DNA of 64,000 nt, taken from positions 62,001-126,000 of the IMG/VR virus record IMGVR_UViG_3300045921_000730, one strand, 5' to 3'. Under the pieces are notes generated by a model. The model was not told the DNA's origin. It saw only the letters and a list, made by a program, of their open reading frames with translations, and searched no databases. This document shows, one piece after another, positions 18,989 to 29,407 of this stretch. How positions within the stretch are numbered: position 1 is the stretch's first letter; every line of letters starts with the position of its first letter. Both the position numbers and the translations under genes were made by a program.

Positions 18989-19336
18989 ATGTTAACACCA
19001 TATAATCCAGAAACGGAAACCCCAGTAAAAGTCCTAAAATTGATAGGCGGCCAAGAAATTATTGGTAAAGTTATTATTGAGGATATAGCCAAGATTGAAA
19101 TGGCTAATGTGAGAGAACTATTACCTGTTCCTCAACCAAACGGTACCTATACATTAACACTCGTTCCATACATTCACATCAACGGAAAAGATGACGCAAG
19201 AGTTATTATTAATATGACTGCTGTTGCTGCGATTCTTAAAAAAATTCCAAAAGAACTCGAAGATGAGTATTTGACAGCCGTTTCAGGAATTGTAAGAGCA
19301 TCTGCTACAGAAGCAGCACTGTTCAAAGGAAAATAA
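18989..19336 (+). CDS. Hypothetical protein (possible Sm-like fold)
   Basis: LKLIGGQEIIGKV N-terminal pattern resembles small T4-like phage proteins. Confidence 0.55.
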   Translation: MLTPYNPETETPVKVLKLIGGQEIIGKVIIEDIAKIEMANVRELLPVPQPNGTYTLTLVPYIHINGKDDARVIINMTAVAAILKKIPKELEDEYLTAVSGIVRASATEAALFKGK

Positions 19337-19340
19337 AATA

Positions 19341-20318
19341 ATGTATAAACTTACAGAATCGTACAAATGTGATAAATGCAACAGATCAATTAAATTAATC
19401 CGAAACAAAACTGGATTAAATTTAGTACAACGATGCACAATTACAAAAAACTGTAATGGAATTTTGTTTCCGATTTTGAACCCCGAAGAAGCACAAAAAA
19501 CAAAATTTCGACCCGATTCTGTTCCTGAATTAACTAACTGGTTGCAACAACCTCTTTTATATAACCACGTTCAGACAATTTCATCATCTGTATGGAATGT
19601 ACAACATAACTTACTAACTTTTCCCTATGTTGATGTTTTGGTGAATCGTTTAGATGGTAACGGAAATGTAATACAAATTGAAATGCCACCAAGCGAATAT
19701 GACGTTCAAATTATTAATAATAGATCATTGGAAATAACATTTGCAAACAAAGAATCTGGACTTGTTCAGTGTGTTGCTCAAACAGGCGAAAATACAATTA
19801 ACCCTGAAATATCTATTGCGTCAACAACAGTAAGTAGTGATATTCAAATTACAAATGACAGCACACTTACAATTGCAACGCTAAGTTCTTCCCCATTAAT
19901 TTCTTTTAATATTACATATCGAACAAATAACACAGATGTTATTGTTCAATATATTAATGTTGATAATCAACCAAGCGTTGTTTCGCCTTGGGTTAACACA
20001 AATCGTGTTTTTATAGACGGGAAAACCTTCACGGTGAGAAGTTTTAATTTTACCACACATCCTTTATTTACCAATCTCTTCATTCAAAGAATTATTACAA
20101 ATGGTGCTCAACTCTACTTTGGCTTATCGTTAGAACCAAAACAGAATTACATTTTATTAGCAAACTCGCCATTTGCTTCTGTTGATAAAAATCAAAATCA
20201 AGTAATTGATATTGGAACAATATCGACCAACCAACCTGAACTCTATTACAACAACGGCAACCTTTTTGCAACAGCTTCAATTGTAAAAACAATTTATCCA
20301 CCTGTTTACATCATATAA
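19341..20318 (+). CDS. Hypothetical protein, possibly virion-associated
   Basis: N-terminal CDKC..C..C; beta-rich remainder. Confidence 0.6.
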   Translation: MYKLTESYKCDKCNRSIKLIRNKTGLNLVQRCTITKNCNGILFPILNPEEAQKTKFRPDSVPELTNWLQQPLLYNHVQTISSSVWNVQHNLLTFPYVDVLVNRLDGNGNVIQIEMPPSEYDVQIINNRSLEITFANKESGLVQCVAQTGENTINPEISIASTTVSSDIQITNDSTLTIATLSSSPLISFNITYRTNNTDVIVQYINVDNQPSVVSPWVNTNRVFIDGKTFTVRSFNFTTHPLFTNLFIQRIITNGAQLYFGLSLEPKQNYILLANSPFASVDKNQNQVIDIGTISTNQPELYYNNGNLFATASIVKTIYPPVYII

Positions 20319-20358
20319 GATTTGTCGTATTTTATTCCTTCAATAGGAGAAGATTTGT

Positions 20359-21681
20359 ATGAAAGATGAATTAAAAGAACATTTATTGATTGAATATATG
20401 TTATCGTCTGCAGATATTTTTGTTATTTGCAAAAAGATTATTCAATCAAATTACTTTGTTCCTGATCTAAAAAAGTCTGTGAATTTTATTATTGAATATC
20501 ACGACAAATACAATGCTATCCCAACTCCTGACATTATTGAAGCTGAAACAGGCAAACAATTCAAGATTCATCAAATCACAAAAGACCAAATTAAGTATGT
20601 GTGCGATGAAATACAGCAATTTTGTCGCAAAAAAGCTTTAATGCAGGCAATTCTTGATGGTGCTGAAATTATTCAAAAAAACAACCAAGAAAAATATGGT
20701 GAAATTGAAGAGATGGTTAAAGATGCATTATCAATTTCTATAGATACAGATCTTGGTCTCAATTATTTTGCGGATCCTCTAAAAAGATTAGAAGAACAAT
20801 CTTTACAACCTCTTAGGACCCCTCTAGGTATGAATGAAATTGATGACCTCATGGGTGGTGGTCTAGCAAAGGGTGAAATTTTGCTCGTTTGTGCAAATTC
20901 AGGAGGCGGTAAATCAATCACGCTATTGAATATAGCTCACAATTTGGTAAGAAGCGGTCATGATGTCGCTTATATATCGCTTGAATTATCAGAAAATCTA
21001 GTAGCACAACGAATGGATATGATGATGACTAAAATCCATGCAGCGTTACATCAGCAAAAACATCAAGAAGTAGGAAACGAATTGATGAAAATCATAAAAA
21101 ACGAAAGTTTGGGGGATTTTCATATTAAAAGGATGCCTTCGGGGTCAAACGCAAACGATATACGAGGTTTTCTTAAAGAATATGAACTAAGCTTCGGTAA
21201 ATTACCAGATATGTTAATTATTGATTATCTTGATTTGATGGCTCCAATTCAAAAAGTGCCACCACAAGAAATTTGGACAAGAGATAAACTAACAACCGAA
21301 CAACTAAAAGATATCGGTGAAGATTATCAATTATTAATTGCAACAGCTTCACAACTAAATAGATCAGCTCTCGATGCTGACATATTACATCAGGGTCATA
21401 CAGCTGGTGGTATTAGTAAAGTAAATACTGTAGATTGGCAAATTGCTATTATCCAAACACCAATGCAGAAATCAGCAGGTGAAATCATGTTTCAGTTTTT
21501 GAAGTCTAGAAGCAGCGATGCTGTTGGTAAAACTGTTAGTATGGTGTGGGACAATAACACGTTGCTTATAAAAAATAAAAATCCAAAAAATTATATACGT
21601 GAAGGTCTTTTAGAAAAAAAGACATTAAAGGGGTTACCAAACAAAAGCAAGGTATCGTTTGATGATTTAATAGATTTATAA
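20359..21681 (+). CDS. Replicative DnaB-family helicase (gp41-like)
   Basis: Walker A ANSGGGKS, SLELS, IIDYLD, ASQLNR, KSR. Confidence 0.92.
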   Translation: MKDELKEHLLIEYMLSSADIFVICKKIIQSNYFVPDLKKSVNFIIEYHDKYNAIPTPDIIEAETGKQFKIHQITKDQIKYVCDEIQQFCRKKALMQAILDGAEIIQKNNQEKYGEIEEMVKDALSISIDTDLGLNYFADPLKRLEEQSLQPLRTPLGMNEIDDLMGGGLAKGEILLVCANSGGGKSITLLNIAHNLVRSGHDVAYISLELSENLVAQRMDMMMTKIHAALHQQKHQEVGNELMKIIKNESLGDFHIKRMPSGSNANDIRGFLKEYELSFGKLPDMLIIDYLDLMAPIQKVPPQEIWTRDKLTTEQLKDIGEDYQLLIATASQLNRSALDADILHQGHTAGGISKVNTVDWQIAIIQTPMQKSAGEIMFQFLKSRSSDAVGKTVSMVWDNNTLLIKNKNPKNYIREGLLEKKTLKGLPNKSKVSFDDLIDL

Positions 21682-21699
21682 CCAAAAGGAGATAATACA

Positions 21700-21972
21700 A
21701 TGCCAAAAATTCAACCAACCGAATCAATCAAGCTAAGCGACGAAAAAACAATCAAGGTTTCAGAGCTTTCGAGCAAATCAAAGGATCTTATCGTTGTCTA
21801 CGACGAATGGCGTCAAAAGCTATTTGATGCCAATCAAGAAGTACAACTCATTAGCACAGCCGTACAAGCTGTTCTAAACCAGATTCGTACAGAAGTGCTC
21901 AATTATTTGGCACCAAAAACAGAAACAGCTACTGAAACAGCTACTGAAGCCGCACAGTTCGCTGCCGAATAA
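21700..21972 (+). CDS. Small coiled-coil protein, tandem paralog 1
   Basis: MPKIQPT..KVSEL..YDEWRQKL; similar to the next ORF. Confidence 0.75.
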   Translation: MPKIQPTESIKLSDEKTIKVSELSSKSKDLIVVYDEWRQKLFDANQEVQLISTAVQAVLNQIRTEVLNYLAPKTETATETATEAAQFAAE

Positions 21973-22003
21973 TCTTCATAACTATACATAAAGGAGAATT
22001 ACA

Positions 22004-22261
22004 ATGCCTAAGGTACAACCAACTCTAACAATCGAAGTCGATGGTCAAGAATTAAAGGTGTCTGACCTACCCGAAAATATTCAACAACTAGTTGCGCTCT
22101 ATGACGACTGGCGTCAAAAGCTAGCAGACGCTGAAAGCTACGCAAAGTTAGTTGGTGTTTCTTTTCAAGTTCTTGCGGATCAGCTCCGTAACACTATTGT
22201 TGAAGAGCTTACGCCAAAGACTGAAGGGGATGCACAACAACCAAGTGAAGCAGCAGCTTAA
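22004..22261 (+). CDS. Small coiled-coil protein, tandem paralog 2
   Basis: MPKVQPT..KVSDL..YDDWRQKL. Confidence 0.75.
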   Translation: MPKVQPTLTIEVDGQELKVSDLPENIQQLVALYDDWRQKLADAESYAKLVGVSFQVLADQLRNTIVEELTPKTEGDAQQPSEAAA

Positions 22262-22277
22262 TAGTTAAGGAGCATTC

Positions 22278-22601
22278 ATGGATAAACTCACAGAAGGCAA
22301 AATTGTAGATATTGTTTACAAAAACAAAGCTGAAAATAAAGTTTCAGAAAGAACAATTATTCCAACACACGTTCCTTCGCGAAATGTCAAGGCCCTTGAT
22401 GTTTCGCACCTTACCAAGGAACAACAAGAAAAAATGGTTAAATTGTTCGAAGAATGGAGGCAATATTATGATCTCCACTGTAAACAAGCATATAATTTTG
22501 CCGAATGGGTTGAGCTTACTACTCATCAACACATAGATCCAACGTTCCGAACTTTTTGTATTGAAAATATACAAATCGTTTCTGAAGAAGAAACAACATA
22601 A
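22278..22601 (+). CDS. Hypothetical protein (weak WYL-like N-terminus)
   Basis: IVY...SERTIIP pattern; AGGAG SD. Confidence 0.6.
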   Translation: MDKLTEGKIVDIVYKNKAENKVSERTIIPTHVPSRNVKALDVSHLTKEQQEKMVKLFEEWRQYYDLHCKQAYNFAEWVELTTHQHIDPTFRTFCIENIQIVSEEETT

Positions 22602-22627
22602 GTGTTAATGATATTTTAATAAAAATA

Positions 22628-22690
22628 ATTCAAAAAAACCTGATGTTCATACAGTTACCACAATTCATCCTAGGATGAATTGTGGACCTC
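22628..22690 (+). mobile_element. Rearranged remnant of a family-1 left end
   Basis: AAAACCTGATGTTC, then palindrome CCACAATTCATCCTAGGATGAATTGTGG built from the left end's 3' half. Confidence 0.5.
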
Positions 22691-22864
22691 TCTTCTGATA
22701 ACCAAATCATATTTGGTACAAAAAATACTATTCGCCATAAATACACATTATATAACAAAAAACAGTTAAAGCTATGCCAACTCATTTCTTCGAATACAAC
22801 AAGTGATAGTTCAGTAGTTGACAAATATTGATAAATATTAAAAATTAAATAAGAGAATTCTACT

Positions 22865-23932
22865 ATGGATTTACTAAAATTAATTAATGAAGAAGCGGCC
22901 AGTGGTGCAGTTGGTACTGGAGCAGTTGCAGGACATGCAATGCCTTTGTTCACGTCTTTGGTTAAAAGACAAATATTAAATACAAACACCAAGCCAGCAA
23001 AAATAAAGTATTCTAATAAAAACAAGAAAAAAACGTATCTTGATTTAAAGAACACTTTTGAAAGCGTCAACAATGATCGTTCAGAAGTTATTTCTAAACT
23101 CCAGGCTCTTGAAAGAAAAAATTCAACTTCTTATATACACACAACCTCGTTTGGTCTCCAAGACGAAAAAGGAAATATTATTAAAATAACTGTTCCAAAT
23201 GAAGAAGCAGAGGAGTTTGAGCGTGTGCTTCGTGCAATCTTAGCTGACGAAGAAGCAGATCAAAAAAATATAGACGTGGCAGAAATTTTATGGAATTTAA
23301 AAGATCGTTTTAACATTATTAATGTTGACTGGCCAGAAGTTGAAGAAGATGAAGAGCAAGACCAAACTGTTCAGAGCGATCAACAAACTCCTCCAACACC
23401 CGAAGAAGGTGAAGCAGACGAGATTTCCAATCTGCTGGGTGCTGATGAAAATTCACAACAATCCCCTGAAGAAACACCTGGCACAAAAGATTTACTTCAA
23501 CAAGTTATTGATATGATGAAAGCAGATGCAGAAGCAAGAAAAAAAGAGGCTGAAGCAAGAGAAAAAGAAGCACAGGCAGAAATTGAAGAACTTTCTATGA
23601 AACAAGCTGTGGCTAAAGTAAAACAAGAAGAAATGTTTCTTGACATGGAAGAATATAACAAAGCCAAAAAAGCCAAAGAACAAGAAGCTAAGCGTCTGGC
23701 AAAACTAGCGAAATGGAAGCATGATATGGCTAAAGAACAAGGGCTCGAAGATACACCTGAAGCTGATTTACCGATGCCGTCAGAAATGGACAGTACAGAA
23801 GTTGAAGAAATTACATTATCAAAACCAGATACAGCTGAAGATGAAGAATTTTCAAGTGAAACATTAAAAACAAAAACCAATAAAGCAACTGCCGATGAAA
23901 TTGCTGATTTTATTGTTAGGAGATTTAAATGA
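22865..23932 (+). CDS. Acidic coiled-coil hypothetical protein (late gene)
   Basis: 355 aa, E/D-rich; upstream TAAATA motifs. Confidence 0.7.
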   Translation: MDLLKLINEEAASGAVGTGAVAGHAMPLFTSLVKRQILNTNTKPAKIKYSNKNKKKTYLDLKNTFESVNNDRSEVISKLQALERKNSTSYIHTTSFGLQDEKGNIIKITVPNEEAEEFERVLRAILADEEADQKNIDVAEILWNLKDRFNIINVDWPEVEEDEEQDQTVQSDQQTPPTPEEGEADEISNLLGADENSQQSPEETPGTKDLLQQVIDMMKADAEARKKEAEAREKEAQAEIEELSMKQAVAKVKQEEMFLDMEEYNKAKKAKEQEAKRLAKLAKWKHDMAKEQGLEDTPEADLPMPSEMDSTEVEEITLSKPDTAEDEEFSSETLKTKTNKATADEIADFIVRRFK

Positions 23933-24198
23933 ACAGACTTTCATTTAAAAGCTTGTATTATTGTATAACAGAAGATATAGACAAAGAAATTCAAAACCTT
24001 CAGCAACAAATATCTAATCTTGAAGCACAAAAATTTTCAAGAACTAAACCCATTGACGATGCTATTAGTAGACTTAAAACCATGTTAGCACAAAAACAAC
24101 GTCAAAAGGGAACAACGCAACAAAACAACGCTCAAAGACCAACAACAACGACGACAACACCTGGCAGCAGCGGGTCTCAAACACCGGGCGTCAAATAA
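23929..24198 (+). CDS. Hypothetical protein
   Basis: ATGA overlap; coiled coil with a Thr/Gln-rich tail. Confidence 0.65.
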   Translation: MNRLSFKSLYYCITEDIDKEIQNLQQQISNLEAQKFSRTKPIDDAISRLKTMLAQKQRQKGTTQQNNAQRPTTTTTTPGSSGSQTPGVK

Positions 24199-24211
24199 AC
24201 AATATTTTAAA

Positions 24212-24895
24212 ATGTTTATTCACAAATCTGCACACCGGCCGATGGAATTAAAAACCATCGAAAATTCACAAGGACGCTTTTATATTACGCCTGATGGAAA
24301 AAAATATCCATCAATTACAACTCTGCTTAGCACAAAAGAAAAGCCCGGTTTGGTGGAGTGGAGGAACTCTTTGGGTGCTGAAGCGGCTGCTAAGGAAACA
24401 AAACGAGCTGCTGAAAGAGGAACAGCAGTTCATGCTATGTTGGAACTATTTTTAAAAAACGACACCGATCCTGTGTCAAACGTTAATAAAAATGTACCAA
24501 TATCAGTTAATCATGTCGCTGAATTTAATTCAATAAAACGATATATTCAAAAACATGTCAATAATATTGTTCTTCAAGAATCTGCTTTATATAGCGACAC
24601 ACTAAAAGTTGCAGGGCGCGTAGATTGTATTGCTGAATGGGATGGTAAATTATCTGTAATAGATTTCAAAACGTCCACAAATAACAAAAATAAACAAATT
24701 ATTGAAGATTATTTTCTTCAAACAACAGCCTATGCTTTAATGTTCGAAGAAATATATAAAGAAACAATTGAACAAGTTGTAATTATAATTTCTGTCGAAA
24801 AAGGAATTGTACCCCTGATATATAAAGAATCTGTTGATTCATATATGGAACCTCTCGTAAGAAGAATAAATACATATTACAAGAAGCAAAACTGA
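24212..24895 (+). CDS. PD-(D/E)xK (Cas4/RecB-like) exonuclease
   Basis: YPSITT, RGTAVH, AGRVDC, VIDFKTS, QxxAY. Confidence 0.85.
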   Translation: MFIHKSAHRPMELKTIENSQGRFYITPDGKKYPSITTLLSTKEKPGLVEWRNSLGAEAAAKETKRAAERGTAVHAMLELFLKNDTDPVSNVNKNVPISVNHVAEFNSIKRYIQKHVNNIVLQESALYSDTLKVAGRVDCIAEWDGKLSVIDFKTSTNNKNKQIIEDYFLQTTAYALMFEEIYKETIEQVVIIISVEKGIVPLIYKESVDSYMEPLVRRINTYYKKQN

Positions 24896-25140
24896 AGAAC
24901 AAACAGTTCTATCCAAAACTACCAGTAGTATCGTATCTAGAGGACCTATGGAAGGAAACCGAGATACATTTGGTGGAAACATGGAAAGAATTGCATTCTT
25001 GGGTCAAAAACTCGAAATTGAAATATCGAGTTCCGATTCCAGATGAATCGGTTTTCAGAATTTTCCAGTCGCCAGCTAGTTTGGTTGGTGTTCTATAGAT
25101 TTGTATTACTTATATGAATTTATATGGAAAATTTATTTTA
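24880..25140 (+). mobile_element. ORF-less mini-derivative of TnpB family 2
   Basis: Left end AGAAGCAAAACTGAA fused to the last ~245 bp of the element; follows ATATTA. Confidence 0.88.
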
Positions 25141-25155
25141 CAAGGAGAGAACTTA

Positions 25156-25929
25156 ATGAATACACTCGAAAAACTTAAAATGGAATTGAAATCTTTGTCG
25201 TTGGTGCTTGACAATTTACCTTTATCGATTGAAGGTATCCAAAACAAAAAGTTGACACACGAAAAACTTACATCAATTGAAATGTTTGCCCGCAGAGCAA
25301 AGCAAGCTCTTGAAGATGCTGAAAAAGAAGGTTTAATCGAAAAAACAAAAAGAATTACTGATAAAATTGTAAGCGAAGACAACAGTGAAAAAACACACGT
25401 GGTCGGTGATAAAATTCAAGTTAACTTTCCTTTATTCAATAAAACAATTATTGGTAAAGCTGATACGGGCGCAACAACATCATCATTACATGCAACAAAT
25501 ATTACAGTAAAACAACAAACGTCAACAAGGTCTGTTAAAGTTTCGTTTATGTGTAAAGAATTATCACCTAATGTAATTATTGCTGATGTTGTTGGAATGC
25601 AACAAGTCGTTTCTGCTGATAATGAAAACAAGCATGAATCTCGATATGTTGTTGCATTCGATGTTGAAATAAACGGCAAATTAATAAAAAATGCTGAATT
25701 TAACCTAAACGACAGGTCTCACATGGACGTGCCTATATTAATTGGCCAGAACATTCTAAGCAAGGGCAACTTTGTTGTAGATGTAAACCATAAAAACGAA
25801 ATAAAAGAAAATGTTGATTTCTCAGTAAATATAGAAGATACTATTTCTAATTTAATTCAACAAAACATATCATTTAAAGACATATATGATGTTTTAAAAC
25901 GAAAAGCCATTAAAGAAATCACATACTAA
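25156..25929 (+). CDS. Retropepsin-like / RimK-associated putative protease
   Basis: KADTGATTSSLHA, DRSHM, PILIGQN; start placed at ATG 25156 behind a GGAG SD. Confidence 0.75.
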   Translation: MNTLEKLKMELKSLSLVLDNLPLSIEGIQNKKLTHEKLTSIEMFARRAKQALEDAEKEGLIEKTKRITDKIVSEDNSEKTHVVGDKIQVNFPLFNKTIIGKADTGATTSSLHATNITVKQQTSTRSVKVSFMCKELSPNVIIADVVGMQQVVSADNENKHESRYVVAFDVEINGKLIKNAEFNLNDRSHMDVPILIGQNILSKGNFVVDVNHKNEIKENVDFSVNIEDTISNLIQQNISFKDIYDVLKRKAIKEITY

Positions 25930-25932
25930 ATA

Positions 25933-26553
25933 ATGACTATAAAATCCCCTTTCTATGTAATACAAGAATTTATTTCTCCAATGATGTGTGAGCATATCGT
26001 TGCATTATTGGACTGGAATGTTCCAGATACTGATATGGAAGGTAAACCAATAAAAACCATTAAAAGTTCAGAGCGTCCACAAAACATAATATATGAACGA
26101 CTAGTTAATGTATTTCCTGAAATACAGGCATATTACGAATTTTTATACAAAGGAACAGAAAATATTATTTTTGAATGGTTTCCAGAAGAAAGTAAAGGAA
26201 ATATTCAATGTGAAAATTCTTCATATCTTAGAAGAAAATGGTTAAGAACAAAACAAAGAGATTTTACCGGTGTATTGTTTCTCTCCGACTATCAAGAAAA
26301 AATTCCTTTTGATAATGAATATGAAGTTTATGGTGGTAAATTAGAGTTTCCTCAACATCGTTTTGGGTTTAATCCACAACGGGGAACTCTAATTTTCTTC
26401 CCAAGCGGTCCCCACTTTCTGAATATCACAACTCAAATATATGCGGGCGATCTGTATCAAGCACGAATACAAATTGCTGCACATACTCCATATCTATACG
26501 ACCCGAGAAATTTTCCAGGAGATTATCAAACCTGGTTTACTAATTTAAAATAG
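25933..26553 (+). CDS. 2OG-Fe(II) oxygenase-like protein
   Basis: YGGKLEFP, PQRGTLIFFPS..H..R pattern; first Fe-ligand His appears replaced (CENS). Confidence 0.65.
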   Translation: MTIKSPFYVIQEFISPMMCEHIVALLDWNVPDTDMEGKPIKTIKSSERPQNIIYERLVNVFPEIQAYYEFLYKGTENIIFEWFPEESKGNIQCENSSYLRRKWLRTKQRDFTGVLFLSDYQEKIPFDNEYEVYGGKLEFPQHRFGFNPQRGTLIFFPSGPHFLNITTQIYAGDLYQARIQIAAHTPYLYDPRNFPGDYQTWFTNLK

Positions 26554-26647
26554 TTTTGAATAATTTAATAAAAACACCGCAATAAAAAATGCACAGGGGC
26601 ATTTTATTGTTTTAAATCAAAACTAAGAACAAAAAGGAGAACGAATA

Positions 26648-27304
26648 ATGAAAACATTATTACTTAATCCTACAATTTTTATTGTTGTTTTTTTGATAGG
26701 ATTAAACATTTGCACAGCAAACACTTATACATCCATTCAATATTCAACAACAAATTGGAGAACAAACAAACCATATATTTTTTCACCCAACGCAAGCATG
26801 GCTTTACAACGAATAAAAAACATTGGTTCTGAGTATGGGAACGAAAACATTTTACAAGCAATTGCTATTCAAGAAACTATGGCAGGCGATGGTGGAATGA
26901 TTGGCGGTTTAAATAAACCTTTTATTCACAGATCATATGGTCTAATGCAAATACAAATCAATTCAGCCAAACATATTTTTAAAACATATCCTAAAATTTT
27001 TGATGAGTTTTATCCAGGAAAATCTTTAAAAGATGTTTCTGATAAAGAAATATCTAATTTGCTTTTAACCAATTACGATGCAAATATACATATAGCTGCT
27101 GCTTTATTTAACCTTTATTATAAAATGGTAAACAATGATTTAGATAAAGCAATTGCAGCGTATAATGTTGGCATTAGGAAAGTTCTTAAGAATCCTAACC
27201 TAAAACACATGACATATGTAAAAGATGTCAAAAAACATTTAACACACTATGTTGTCCCTTTCAATGATTTCATCGACAATGTAGTTGTTGTTCACAACGA
27301 ATAA
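26648..27304 (+). CDS. Lytic transglycosylase (SLT-like) with an N-terminal signal/anchor
   Basis: AIQET, YGLMQI, AAYNVG. Confidence 0.85.
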   Translation: MKTLLLNPTIFIVVFLIGLNICTANTYTSIQYSTTNWRTNKPYIFSPNASMALQRIKNIGSEYGNENILQAIAIQETMAGDGGMIGGLNKPFIHRSYGLMQIQINSAKHIFKTYPKIFDEFYPGKSLKDVSDKEISNLLLTNYDANIHIAAALFNLYYKMVNNDLDKAIAAYNVGIRKVLKNPNLKHMTYVKDVKKHLTHYVVPFNDFIDNVVVVHNE

Positions 27305-27315
27305 GGAGAACAAAA

Positions 27316-27684
27316 ATGCAAAAAGGTAACAAGCAAAAGGGAACTCACAAAAATCCAAATCAAATTCTTGCAAAGCCAGAAGAACTCAAAAAACTAAAAA
27401 GTCGCATTGTTGCTATTACTGAATATTTACAACAAATCGATGACTTAAAAGAAGGTATCAAAGAAACGATCGAAGAAATTCACGGCGATACGGGTCTAGA
27501 CAAAAAACAAATTCGCAAACTAGCAACAACAATGTATAAAAATAATTTTTCTTCTCTTCAAGAAGAAAATGAAATGTTTGAATTTTTGTATGATATCATT
27601 GCTAATGGTCGAAAGATCAGAACAACCGATCCTTTAGATGATCAACCTTTAGATGAGGAAGACGACCGAGAGTTGGCTGCATAG
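27316..27684 (+). CDS. T4 DsbA/GapR-like dsDNA-binding protein
   Basis: IDDLKEGIKETIEE..GLDKKQIRKLATTMYKNN helical pattern; C-terminal LAA. Confidence 0.6.
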   Translation: MQKGNKQKGTHKNPNQILAKPEELKKLKSRIVAITEYLQQIDDLKEGIKETIEEIHGDTGLDKKQIRKLATTMYKNNFSSLQEENEMFEFLYDIIANGRKIRTTDPLDDQPLDEEDDRELAA

Positions 27685-27697
27685 GAATAAACCATAA

Positions 27698-29374
27698 ATG
27701 AGTTATATTTCAGCAATTACAAAAGAGAATGATGTTCTCGTGTGGGAACGCACAACCGAAGGTCGTGTTATAAAAGAATATACGGCTCCATATTACTTTT
27801 ATTATCAAGATCCGGCCGGTAAATATACAACAATATATAATGAAAAAGTATCAAAAATTCAACTCCAGACACGTCAAGAATATTACAAAGTCAAAAAAGA
27901 ATTTGAAGAAGACGGCATTCAATTATATGAAAGTGATATATCGCCAGATATTCGTGTTTTATCAAAACATTATTACAATAAACCCGCACCAAAACTTCAT
28001 ATTACTCTTTACGATATTGAGGTAGACTACAATCCTGACATTGGCTTTGCGTCACCTTCAAATCCATATGCACCAATTAATTCAATTGCAATTGTACATA
28101 ACTGGTCTAAAGACCTTGTTGTGCTAACAGTTCCTCCAACTCCTAATTGGACAAGCGAACAATTACTAAAAGAAGTGAATAACGCAGTACCTGAGGTTCC
28201 TGTCCCATCAAAATATAACACAAACATTATTATTTGTAAAAATGAGCATGAACTTTTATTAAACTTTCTTGCTGAAATTCAAGACTCCGACGTACTTGCA
28301 GGATGGAACAGCGATATATTTGATACACCATACATTGCAGCAAGAATTGCTATAGTTCTTGATAAACAAAAATTAAGTCTAACAACATCAGAAATTCCTG
28401 ATCCGTATGGTTCATCAAAAAAACAATTCAAATGGAAAGAAGATCCAAACACCTTAATGAACAAATGTCGTTTTCTAAAAAAACTCGACTTTGAACAATG
28501 CATGCCAAAATGGCGCATTGCTCTTAATGGTGAAAAAACAAAAGTATATGGCATTATGTTTGATACACAAGGCCGTATTATAACAGACTATATGGATCTA
28601 TACAAAAAATACGAACCGGGTGAGCGCTCTTCATATAAATTGGCTGCAATTGAACAAGAAGTTGATCTTAACCTTCCAAAGCTGGAATACAGTGGATCGT
28701 TACATAATCTTTATAGAAACAATTATCCTTTTTTTATTCGTTATAACATTCGAGATACTGAAATTCTGGACGGGTTCGAAGAAACGCTTGGTTATATTGA
28801 TCTAGCAAATCAGATGTATCATATTTCTACATGTTTATATAGCCACGTAACAGGTACATTAAAACTTGCTGAATTTGCAATTATTAATTATTGTCATCAT
28901 GTAATTAAAAAAGTTGTACCAAATACAAAATCACCCGAAATTGATAGACCAATTGCTGGAGCTCTTGTTTTATTACCACAGGTTGGTCTTCACGAATGGG
29001 TTGGATCAATTGATATCAATTCGCTATATCCAAGTTCGATTAGATCGATTAATATTTCACCAGAGACATTAAGAGGTCAGTTTATCGAAGAAGGAAAGGC
29101 CACAGAAGAAATTGCAAGTCAAACTCTTACACCTCTTACTTTGGTGTTAGAAACTGGTCAAAAACTTGTTAAGTCAGCAAGCGAATGGAACGAATGGTTA
29201 ACAAAAAAGAAATGGGCTATTAGTGGTTATGGAACAGTATTTGATCAAAATGAACAAGGTATTATTCCTGCGATTCTTACAGATTGGTATGCTACTCGTA
29301 AAAAATATCAAGCAAACAAGAAAGAAGCTGAAAAAAAGCTATCTACAATATTAAACAAGTATAAAAACGTTTAA
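27698..29374 (+). CDS. Family B DNA polymerase, N-terminal gene (exonuclease + motif A, ends in the fingers domain)
   Basis: YDIEV, GWNSDIFD, YNIRD, DINSLYPS. Confidence 0.92.
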   Translation: MSYISAITKENDVLVWERTTEGRVIKEYTAPYYFYYQDPAGKYTTIYNEKVSKIQLQTRQEYYKVKKEFEEDGIQLYESDISPDIRVLSKHYYNKPAPKLHITLYDIEVDYNPDIGFASPSNPYAPINSIAIVHNWSKDLVVLTVPPTPNWTSEQLLKEVNNAVPEVPVPSKYNTNIIICKNEHELLLNFLAEIQDSDVLAGWNSDIFDTPYIAARIAIVLDKQKLSLTTSEIPDPYGSSKKQFKWKEDPNTLMNKCRFLKKLDFEQCMPKWRIALNGEKTKVYGIMFDTQGRIITDYMDLYKKYEPGERSSYKLAAIEQEVDLNLPKLEYSGSLHNLYRNNYPFFIRYNIRDTEILDGFEETLGYIDLANQMYHISTCLYSHVTGTLKLAEFAIINYCHHVIKKVVPNTKSPEIDRPIAGALVLLPQVGLHEWVGSIDINSLYPSSIRSINISPETLRGQFIEEGKATEEIASQTLTPLTLVLETGQKLVKSASEWNEWLTKKKWAISGYGTVFDQNEQGIIPAILTDWYATRKKYQANKKEAEKKLSTILNKYKNV

Positions 29375-29407
29375 ACTGAATTTACAAAAATACTAGAATG
29401 TTCTCAT

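Noticed and set aside
21917-21948. 12-bp tandem repeat GAAACAGCTACT
   Set aside because: Only two copies, encoding a low-complexity ETAT tail
24212-24895. CRISPR-Cas system (Cas4-like plus Cas12-like proteins)
   Set aside because: No repeat-spacer array seen in the window; solo Cas4-like exonucleases are common in phages and the RuvC proteins sit inside IS-type ends
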